From positions 59,954,001 to 60,018,000 of the forward strand of contig CM060732.1 of the NCBI GenBank assembly GCA_030704615.1: a stretch of 64,000 nucleotides of DNA, read 5' to 3'. The position numbers and the translations under genes were made by a program. Numbering within the stretch: position 1 is the stretch's first letter; every line of letters begins with the position of its first letter. Shown piece by piece: positions 53,827 to 64,000 of the stretch. Source of the DNA: Takakia lepidozioides (lineage: Eukaryota; Plantae; Bryophyta). The notes under the pieces were generated by a model that saw only the letters and a list, made by a program, of their open reading frames with translations, made no database searches and was not told the DNA's origin.

Positions 53827-55329
53827 GTAACCACTTTTGGCTTCAACTTTTTGCTTTTGCATCTTTATATCCGAGATTGGAACATGTATAAGTAATGCCA
53901 CTCTTGAATGGCAAAGGCCTAGCTCTGGTGAAGCACACATTTTGGAACTTGTGATTAATTTTTATTATTTGTTGCTCAATCCACTTCAAGGTTTTGCAGA
54001 AATTTGGGAGGCTTCGCATTGTATGACTGCTGCGTTTCAGCTGGTCATGAATTTATCTGCCATTGTGCTTTGGGACACCAAGGGCTTTCAACTCCTAGAA
54101 GTGTACTGATTGAGGGAGAGAGAAAAGGGATGACGGGCTTTCTAGTGGAGCAATTTTTCCGGGTGCTGGGGTGGGCTTTCCTTCCAGTTATGAGCAGCGT
54201 GGTATGATGGTTGCAGGTCTTTTTTCATCCAAATAGCCAAGGCAGGTGTTCCTCTTTTCGCTGTGTGTCAGGGAATCTTGAACAATGTTGACTGGCGAGA
54301 GGAGGTATGTGAGCAGCCATCCCCCCGTCTCTTCCATCCTCTCCTTCAGGGGCTCTCTCGTTCATAGTTTCTGGCTACTCCACGTGGCACTGCATTCTGG
54401 CTGTCTTCACTTGTTTATCTTGTACGTCCGTCATTTTCTAAGCAATTCCCTGTCATTTCTACCTACTTGTTCACCCTTCCCTGGCCAGATTTCAGACCTG
54501 CTCTTACAAGGTTTGACAGTCATCATTGTCTTACTTTTTGCACTCTTACAGTGTCAGGCATGCTTATATTATGGACACTATCCTCTTCCACCTTCTGAAA
54601 GACCATGTCTCCAGACCCTTGTTGTTAAGCTTGACCTAACTTCACTACTGGAAAGCTTGCATTAAGCGAGTTGTCCAAGTGTGAGGTTGTGGTCTGTTGC
54701 CTGGGTTGGAGTTGTGAAATCGATGTGTATTGCTACCTGGAATATGTGTGGGTTTTAAGGTTACAGTTCAATGGTAGATTTTAATGATGTATTTGGGTTG
54801 AGTTGCTGCAGCACACCCACCAATGGATGCATGTCTTTGTTAACACAGTTCACTTTTAGCCTCATAGTTTTGTATACTAGCATATGAAGGGTTAACCCAT
54901 GGAATCATCACTCTAGTGACCTCCTATGCTACTTTATGCCTGCACCTGTGTTTGGAATGTGCCACCAGTTTGTATCTGTTAAATCCTCTATGCTATTAAA
55001 AATGTGCTAAATGCTAAGTGTGCTGTCGTGGCCTTCTCTAGGGCTTTTGCAATTACCTTTCAGTAGAGATTACAGAAAGTCAACCTGGTCTTGGTTGTCA
55101 GTGATTTAGTCATCCAGTCGTCTCCAAGTGCTGTTCAGCTACTGAAGAGGGCTTTTCAAAAGAGAATGATCTAAGCAATCGAGTGGATATCAATGCTGTA
55201 GCAAGTAGAGTTAGTGACGTTGGTAAGCATCCACCACTTTTGGTTATTTTACTGTTTTTAGCTTTAGTTCACCATGAAGCTAATGAGCTTCCTCCTTTTC
55301 TTATGGCATGTGGTGCAAGAGGTAAGGAG

Positions 55330-56770
55330 GACGAGTAAAGAGGGCCCACCTGCAACCAGGCCCCTTGGTCCATGGTAATCATTGATCATCATTCTTCTTT
55401 TTTTTTTTTTTTTTTTCCTGTTTTCTTTGATGATATACCAAGGGGCTGATAGCCCCTTGCTCCACTATGGTAGATTTTACATTGGAGGGAGCACAAGCAA
55501 AGAGGGGCCCGCCAACCAGCCCACATTACCCACTGGTAAGTATCTTCCCTTTCTTTAAATTTTTTTAATTCTTGATACAATTGGGGGTTGATAAGATAGC
55601 CCCTTTGGCTTCTGTTATAGCAGATTCTGCATGAGAGGGAGGGAGCCCAAAGTAGGGAGGGACCTGCCAACCAGCCACCATTACCCGCTTGTAACTCCCT
55701 TTCATTGAGCTTTATTTTTTTAGTTGTTTAAATTTTTATTAAAAGAGGGGCTGATTAGCCCATTGCTCTTGTGCTACGGCTGATCGTGCATGGGAGGGAA
55801 ATGAGGGCAAGTAGGAAGGCTGGCCAACCAGCCCCTCTTGCACCGCACATGTAAGCATCCCCCTTCATTTTTTTCCCCCATAAAATTGGTATAGCAAGGG
55901 CTGATTAGCCGTTGCTAATGCAGATCACACACAAGAAGGACGTCCAGTGCAAGTAAAAAAGCACGTCAACCAGCCCCTCTCATCTTGTAGTAAGCCCCCA
56001 CCCTTTATCTTAGTTTTTTAATGTTATTCTTTCCAATGTGTGGTACAACAAAAGGCTGATTCGCCCTTCCTCATAGTGATATGTTGCACTCGGGAAGGGA
56101 GCAGAAATAGGAGGTCTCTTGACCCGCCAACCAGCCCCCATTACCTGCGTGTACTTCCCCTTCATTGTTCTTTATTTTCTTAATTATTTTAAGTTTGTGA
56201 TATAAGAGGAGCTGATTAGCCCCTTGCTCTTTTGCTATTGTAGATCGTGCATGGGAGGGAAAGAGGGCAAGTAGGGAGGCCTGCCAACCAGCCCCCGTTC
56301 CACCACACATGTAAGCATGCCCCTAATTCAATGTTGCATATTTTTTTTTCCCAGAAAATTGGCATAGCAAGGGGCTGATCAGCCCCCTACTCTGTTGCTA
56401 TGTAGATCACACACAAGAAGGAGGAGTGCGAGTTTAGAGCCCGCTAACCAGCCCCCTCATCCTATGGTAAGCCCCCACCCTTTAATAGCTTAGTTTTTTA
56501 TTTTATTTTTTTCAATGTGTGGTACAACAGAGGGATGATTTGCTCCTCCTCTCATAGTGAAAGTTTGAACTCGGAAAGGGGAGCACAAATATCAAGAAGG
56601 CTTGACAGCCAGCCCCTACCTCTTGTGGACAATCACCCCACTTTAAAGCTTCATAATTTTTAGTTATAACTCTTCATGTTGTGGTACAACAAGGACTGAT
56701 TTATTTATATGTGGTGGGGGCATTGCAGATCATCTCCCAAGGCATGAAGTAGCCAAGCCGACCACTGAAG
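55330..56770 (+). repeat. ~155-160-bp tandem array (~10 units, ~460-bp higher-order period)
   Basis: CAACCAGCC core near 55353, 55513, 55668, 55825, 55967, 56128, 56285, 56445 and 56606. Most units also have GGGGCTGATTAGCCCC-like palindromes. Confidence 0.85.
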
Positions 56771-57141
56771 CATAAGACTGGTCCACCCCCAACTTGCTAG
56801 GTAATTTTTGTAATTTGAAAATGTAAATGTACATGTACTAGATAAAAAAAATAACGTAGATCTAAATGTAGGCCATGTATGTAACATTCAGCTCAATATG
56901 ACATAATAAATTGAGCAGTGCGGTGTCTCTCCCCACACTTTCGTTTTGGCCAGCCATATACCATCCCAAACTTTTGTAAATATATGAGTTTTGCACAATT
57001 ATTAAATGCCTTTTGGATTCTTTGTTTGCATTGTTTTTACACAGGAGTTGTTCCACAAGCTTTTTATGTCATGGAGCCCAATATTTTCGATGAACTAGAA
57101 AAGGAAGTTGTTCTGACAGCAATGTTGATAATGAGAGAGCT

Positions 57142-59417
57142 TTGGTGGAGTGCCATGTTGCGGAGGATGCTCATCATGAAGCCTCATTTACATCAGCTCA
57201 TCAAGCCTCGGCTGCAATGTCATCTTCCACAGTTTTGCCATCACACACGGTGTTGGATGTGGAGGCGCAGCTCCTAGTACTTGAAAAACAACGGGATTTT
57301 TGGAAGCCCCACAATCGCACTGCTTCGACATGGGCATTCTATGCAACAAAAGACTCTGCTCCAGTGGACATAACAAATCCACAACAAATGAGGTGTGTTC
57401 TATGTCATCCTGTTGGTGTCACTCCTGCAAGCAAGAAGGGCATTGTGACCTATAATAAAACCAATGGTATCTCTGCCCTTCGAAAGCATGTGGATCAAGA
57501 ACATGACATTGTTTTGCGTAGGTGGATTGAGAGGGAAAATGAAGGACCTGAGAAGGCCCGTAGGCCAGCAAAAAAGAGGCCCGGCCCCACTCCTGGAAAC
57601 ATAGTTTTTTTTTTGGGAGCTCCACTCCATACAACCAAAATGATGATCAACAGAAGCAGTTCAATGAGGATTTAGTCTTATTCATTGCAAAGGAGTTGGT
57701 TCCACTGTCTTTGGTAGAATCCCCTTGGCTAAGAAGGATGGTGTTGAGGCAAAATCCTCGGATTGTTTTCCCTTCTCGACGGACATTTGTGAATGAGGCC
57801 ATTCCAATCTTGGCAGAGAAGACGAAAGAGCGCTACATGTCCCCATCTCTTCAGAGTTGTGCTACTTGCTCCGTGAGTTTTGATTTGTGGATGTCAAGAG
57901 GGGGAACTGACACTTTTGTCATCATAGCGCACTTTATTAATGAACAGTGGGAGCAATGTCATGTGACTCTTGGCATGTTTGAGACACCTGACACATCTGG
58001 GGCTGCCATGGCACATCAAGTCAACAATCTTCTTGTGAAGTATGGCCTCAATACTCGCATTATTGCTTACGTCAAAGATGAGGGAGGTAACTTGGCCACT
58101 TTGACCAATGCTTTGAATTCGGTGGTCTCATGTGCGTGTTTGGGGTTGGATTCTCCATTTGTGGGTAGCTGTTTTGGGCATGCAATGTCCAAGTGTTGCC
58201 AGTATGCAACAAATGATGCAAAAGTATGCGCAGATATGAGATCGGTTTCTATAAAAAATGCCCAATCAGAGTTGCAAAAAACCATTACTTGGACAAAAAA
58301 AAGTGGCAAAGGGAGACAAGAATGGGCAAAGGCATGTGTGGACAGCGGCATTCATCCCCGCAAACTGAAGACTCCGGTGAAGACACGGTTTGCTTCCAAG
58401 GTGATCCTCTTCCAAGAGACTTTGGAGTTTAGGCAAGCCATAATCACTTGTTACTCTAGGCAAACCTCATTGGCACTGCAGTCTCGCATACCAAGTCCAC
58501 AAGTGTGGGCCATTGCCCAATCAATTTCTACAGTTCTAGGGCCTGTGGTTCATGAGTGCATTATGAATCAATCTGGGGGATTTTGGTTGTTGTCCGATGC
58601 TCTTAATGCAGCCATTGCCACAACAATTCGCATGCGAGGAAGTAGTGCTGGGGGGGCTGCAACTGTGGATCATTGCATGGGGGATTTCTCAACAGAGTTG
58701 ACATTGTTGGAATGGCGGATGGCTCGAGAGGTGGTATATGTCTTGGAACCATTTCTTTCTTTTTTGGAAGGGTTTCAATCGCGCAAAGCTCACAATATGC
58801 TCGCGCTTATGCTTGACCCACGTTACAAGGGGTTGTCATTGGTATCACAATATGTGGGCAAAGAGCGTGCTTTGCATATTGTGTCCCAATATGATAGTAT
58901 GGTGTTAGAGCCTCTTTTGGTAAAGTGTTTCAAGGTCTTACATCCGGATACTCCGGCCCAATCACAGCCCACTTCTACAATGGACGAGATGTCCTTATTT
59001 GGTGTGCATGACCACAATGAAGACATGACATTGACAGTGGTGAGAGAACAACTATCACATTTCAGAAGGACGAAGATAAATGAGGGTGAGTGCGTGGCTC
59101 CTTTGAAATGGTGGAAAAAACACGAGTCTCTCTTTCCGTATGTGGGATTTTTGGCACGGCTAATTTTGGGCATAGTTGGATCTCAGATTGAAGCTGAGTT
59201 GGTTTTTAGTATTGCAGGTGTCATAACAAACTTGAGACGGTGCAGGTTAAATATTGAAAACCTTGATATGCTTGTGAGTGTAGTCAAGAATTGGCCAAAT
59301 GATGCTAGAGTTGGTTGCTTTAGTACTTCCATGAAAGAGTTTTTGGATAGGGAAGAAGTCCTCTTAGATGAGAATGAGGACTTGATTGCAGAGGCAAACC
59401 TCTTTGAGGTAGACTGA
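57142..59417 (+). CDS. hAT transposase (BED zinc finger + DDE core + hATC dimerisation domain), one frameshift; true start unresolved
   Basis: WAFY...CVLC...LRKHVDQEH (BED); SFDLW, VKDEGGN, CFGH, KTRF, LDPRYK, PLKWWK...SQIEAELVFS. The frame breaks in the T10 run 57605-57614. Confidence 0.93.
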
Positions 59418-62400
59418 TTTGTCTTAGAGACAAATTATTGTTCAACATATTACACTATACTCCTTTGAGTGGAGTTTGTTTATTTGTCATTTTTATTGAA
59501 AATTTCAGTGACATCCCGTGTACTTAGTTTGTTGTATGCTATATTGACAAAGCATCATCCAAAAAACACAAATTTATGTAGTTTTTTTTAGTTGTGCTTT
59601 TGCTGCACCATAAAAGGTAACCATAGAATTACACATGTTTAATTTGTTTTGTATTTTGAATTAAGATCCTTATGTAGTTAGTTTGTTTTAGTTGTTCTTT
59701 GCTACACCGTACGACAACTTATAAAATCTCTGGTTTTCCGTTTTTAATGGAGACCATGCGTATATAACTAGTTATATATACCATAAAAGACAATCACAAA
59801 AAACATATAAGTTTATTTACTTCTGTTTTACTAATAAATTCCCTGGTTTTAGTTGAAAATTCTCAGTATGACCAATCAGATCAGTTCATCTAATTTTCCA
59901 GAAGAATAAAAAATTAAAAGAATTTAATATATTTTTAAAAAAGAACTGGAACCTAACCGGGAACCGGTGTTTTTTTTCCAGCAACTAACCGGTAACTGGA
60001 ACCGCCCCCATGTTAAAAAGTCGGAACTTGAACCGGACCGGAACCGCCTTAATAAAAAATAACCGGATCCGGATCCGGAACCGTCTCTTCAAAAATTTGT
60101 GGAACCGGAACCGAAGGTTCCTTCACAAAGGCAAGAACCGCCCAACACTGGTACTGACATTGTTCGGAACAAGACTGGCTGCAAGCTTTTTCATCGAGGT
60201 GCAATGGTCATGGAAGGGAGCATCAGTGATGACCTCTGGTAGCTTTTCATCAAGGTGAAGTCAGTCAATGTCATTGCATGTTTGGCTAGAACTTTTAAAT
60301 GTTGGGGAGAGTCAGGGCGATGCAAAAAGGAGTCTTGAAGTTTGGCACAAGAATTTGGGTCATGTGAACTACCAGTGTATCTAGCGCATGGCGGCGGAAA
60401 GCATGGTGGAAGGCTTGACACTCACGAACAAGATCGAGCGATCTTTCTGTGAAGGTTGTGTTTTGGGCAAGCATCATAGAACAAGAACGAGATCAGGGCC
60501 AGAGTTGAGGAAATTGGAGAGTTGGCCATTTAGTACACCATCAGTTGCTAGAGCAAAATATCTCGTTGTCTTCAAAGATGACCATTCGGCTTACAGAGTT
60601 GTTTTTTGCATCATTAAGAAGTCTCAAGCACTTGAGAGCTTCAAAAGCTATGTGGCCAAAATGAAGTGTGAAACAGGGAAAACTGTGAAGGTCCTGAGAT
60701 CTGACAGAGGTGGTGAATTCACTGGAAAAGATTTTCAGAAATTCTTGAATGAGATTGAGTGCAGGCACGAGATGACTGCCGCGTACACGCCGGAACAGAA
60801 TGGTGCCTATGAGCATGAGAATAGGACCATCATTGAAATGATTTGAAGTATGATTCTTTCAAGCAACGTTAATCCACATTTTTGGGGTGAAGCAGCATAT
60901 ACGGCCGTATATATGCTCAATCATATATATACGCCTATGGTGGCAAATAAGACCCCATTTGAGATTTGGATGAAGGCCAAGCCGTCTGTGGCGCATATGA
61001 GGGTTTTTGGCTACGATGCCTACGTGCATGTGCCCACGGAGCGGCGTACAAAATTGGACGCCAAGAGCCAAAATGGTATCTTTATGGGATACAACCTCAC
61101 GAGTAAGGCATATAGATTGTGGCTGAATGACAAGCGGCGCATTGACAAGAATCATGACGTTCTTTTCAATGAAGATGGATCCTCGGTCACAAACAATGAT
61201 TGACATGATACCTGGGAAGCCAATTATGCTACGTTTTCCAAATTGGTGACGATGAAGATATTGAGACCATCATTCTAGTGGGAGTTGTGGCACCAACAAG
61301 AAGCATGCCAATGGGAGATGTACTGCCAGGTGGGGATCTGCAATCTCAAGAACAAGAAGTCCAAGATTTGCTAGCGAGTCGCCCCATGAGCACAAGATCT
61401 GGCTCTCAGTCATTCATTGAACCTGTCGAGACCATTCAGCGCATGCCAGACCAGGGAGTCGTTGCATATGAAAGTGGAAGACGTGGTGAGCCAACTGAGG
61501 AAGAGGTGGTACTAGCTTTAGAGCCGCGAGTGCACAGACCGCCAACTAAATACGGTGATTGGTTCTATCCTGGGCGACATCAAGCATGCGTCGCTACGAA
61601 TCACGTAGAGCCATTGTTGCATGAGGAACCATCTACCAATCATGAGGCCATGCATTGTAATGAAACGGATCAGTGGCAGCAGACAATGAATGCAGAGATG
61701 GAGTCTTTGCTTGAAAACGATACATGGGAACTGCAGCCATTGCCCCCAGGTCGGAAACGTCTCAGTTGTAAATGGGTATATAAGTTGAAGCTGAATGCAG
61801 ATGGGGAGATCGATCGATATAAAGCGAGACTCTGTGCGAAAGGATACACATAGAAAGCTGGAGTCGACTATACTAAGACTTTATCACCTGTGGCGAAGTT
61901 TGACTCCATTCGCACCTTATTATCAGTGGCCACGGTTGAAGATTATGAGATCACCCAGTTTGATGTGAAAACTGCCTTGTCAAGGGAAAAAAAACTATCC
62001 TCGAAAATAAGAAACAAAGTCTCTATAGATGCATTTTCCTTCTAGATGTTGCATGTCTCCATGGATATAGGTGTGCACCCACGGTATTAGGCCCAACATC
62101 TTCCACGATTCCATCCGCGGCTGGGCTGGTGTGTGCGTCATGTGGCGTCAGCCTACGTGGCTATGAGCCCATGTGGCGTGAGCGTAGGCTCACGTGAAGG
62201 CATCCCCCGTAGAGCATGGAACAAACGTTTCAATGTTTTCATCACGACTCATGGCTTAGTACCTAGTGACACAGTCTACAGACCCATATGTGTATTTTTG
62301 CAATGATCCAAGACTACTGCTTGCAATTTTTGTTGATGATGGGTTGGTGTTCAACACCAAGGAGAGGTCGGCTGAAGCTATCCTCCACGACATGGGGAAA

Positions 62401-62564
62401 GCGTTTACCATTACAAGAGGCGCTGCTGAAATCTACGATGTTGCCTTGATAAGTATGCAACTGCAAAAACTACATGACCTTGATCGAAAATGTTGGAGAA
62501 GAAAGAACGAAATTACGTGCGCTCAAAATAATGATGGGAAAAAACCACCTCTGACCATAACGTG

Positions 62565-62722
62565 ATGGAACGGTCAGGGCCGGGCCATTCTGCCCCTGAG
62601 GTGTCTGGCCGTGAATTTTGGCGAGGCTGGAACCACCTCTGACCATAACGCGATGGCCGGCCTCGCCAAAATTCACGGCCAGGCAGCTCAGGGGCAAAAT
62701 GGCTCGGCCCTAACCGTTCCAT
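62565..62722. repeat. Foldback inverted repeat (66-bp arms, 26-nt spacer)
   Basis: 62565-62630 is the reverse complement of 62657-62722 with about 6 mismatches. Confidence 0.85.
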
Positions 62723-63849
62723 AGTACGATATCCTGCCGGTTGGCAACAAATACAAAATTTAACCCTATGCGGTTATGGACAAATGGAGTTTATGTTAGG
62801 ATAGCCTCCGGTGGTTCAATATCCAGTTATCGAACAAATATAATTTTATTTTAATAACATAAAATAGCCCAAACTAAAAATCTAATGTATTAAAAATGCA
62901 TGCCCCTCTTAACGTGATGAGTAGAAATGAAATGAAGACACATGACTATGGCCCGCCTCATTTATGTCAAGTGAACGAATAACCGGCTATTATCCAGATT
63001 ATAACCTCTGGTTTTCAATGCTGGATAAGTTATATGGGTTCATAACCTGCTTCTTTTGGCCACTAGTTCCGGTTCAAATCAAATTTAAAAAAATTACAAA
63101 ATCACTGGTTCTCAACCAGATCCAGTTATCTCATCTTCTCAGATCCGGCGATTCTTATCGGAGGCGGATATTTGATTTTTTGACCTCTGGTAGATCCACA
63201 TATATATATCTGGGTTGGGACCCCCTGGGAGTTTGAGGCTGAATCAAATATCCGCGCCGGTCTTCAATTGAAGTCACCATCATCCCCATCACCAAGAGGT
63301 GGTTGGGTAGCGCGTGAGCATGCTCACGTGAGCACAAGCGAATATTAAGGATATTCCCTAGATGCCTTTCGAATATTCTCCAGCGAAACTAAAATTGAGA
63401 AACTAAAAACTTTGCGAAATTTTTTTTAACTGCTCACATAGGCCCTCAAAGCATCACTTAAGAAACTATACACGATAAACATGTTACCCTATAAGCATGG
63501 GGTTTCCTCATGTTATGCGAACCGGATACCCCAGAAAACCCCAAAAAAACAAAAATTGTGGTTTTCAGTCCGGGTATCGACAGTTTAAGCCCTAGAAAAG
63601 TTATTTTCGCACTGAGAAAATAAATCTGAAGGTACTCATATGCACCGTGCTTGTTAACATGTAATTCCTATGACCGCGGTTTGAAAACATTTCACCCCTA
63701 TGACCGCGGGTTGTGCTCACACCATGCTCACAGGATACCAACCCCCCACCAAGAGACATCCCACGCCGCGGCCGGGATTGTGTCTTGCCAGCAGAAACGC
63801 AAAGAGGGAAGTTGTTCTCCGAAGTTGTTCTAGTAGTGGACAACCAGCA

Positions 63850-63910
63850 TGTAGCCTAGTGGTAATGGTCACATACCACGTTGGATGTGGTTGTGGGTTC
63901 AAACCATCGT
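63850..63910 (+). other. tRNA-derived (Pol III box A/B-like) relic
   Basis: TAGCCTAGTGGTAA ... GGTTCAAACC at tRNA-like spacing; no full cloverleaf seen. Similar relics at ~30849-30905 and ~38165-38231. Confidence 0.4.
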
Positions 63911-64000
63911 CTGGTGTGTCATGAAGGTGTCCACCTTTCAGCTGGAAGATAGTAGCCCTTGTGGTGAAGAGACACCATAACTTATGCTCCCTTCAAGAGG

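Larger units (their letters stand above)
52575..60150 (+). mobile_element. hAT DNA transposon (7.6 kb), near-intact, with captured gene fragments
   Basis: Perfect 15-bp TIRs CAGTGTTGGGCGGTT / AACCGCCCAACACTG; 8-bp TSD GTACTGAC; dense subterminal GGAACC/ACCGG repeats at both ends. Confidence 0.96.
51630..62435 (+). mobile_element. Decayed Ty1/Copia internal region (gag-PR // IN-RT), split by the hAT
   Basis: gag (FWNKLTSVHEQ; knuckle CFNCGEKGHWAMEC ~52186), protease IADSGA ~52350, pre-integrase WHKNLGHVN ~60343, integrase LRSDRGGEF...YTPEQNG, RT WELQPLPPGRK...CKWVYKLK...RYKARLCAKG, FDVKTA, FVDD. Many stops and frameshifts; no LTRs found. Confidence 0.92.

Noticed and set aside
55330-56770. 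CRISPR-like array
   Set aside because: Whole units are homologous (no unique spacers), no cas genes are present, and the context is a eukaryotic hAT.

Overview
Eukaryotic, land-plant genomic DNA. GT-AG introns, class III peroxidases, PLS-type PPR fragments and TTTAGGG-like motifs suggest a bryophyte or other seed-free plant, but the species cannot be determined. The left half (1-30.6 kb) is gene space: PPR and ankyrin relics, two convergent intact class III peroxidases, a multi-exon RNI-like LRR gene (MGGACSRKR N-terminus, solo LTR in an intron) and YJU2/CCDC94. The right half (31-64 kb) is a nested transposon stack whose order can be read from target-site duplications (TSDs). A decayed ~20-kb element with three FCP1/NIF-like phosphatase domains hosts a 5'-truncated RLE-type (Dualen/RandI-like) LINE. 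That LINE carries two CACTA insertions, one with PPR-fragment cargo. Next come a hAT MITE and a decayed Copia split by a near-intact 7.6-kb hAT carrying an in-frame PR-1/CAP::Cu/Zn-SOD chimeric fragment. The best novelty candidate is the LINE: chromodomain + putative PCIF1/Dam-like N6-adenine methyltransferase + RNase H + restriction-like endonuclease. Its compact, tetraloop-rich 3' RNA appears only after the CACTA insertion is removed. All domain calls are by-eye motif recognition; no searches were run.
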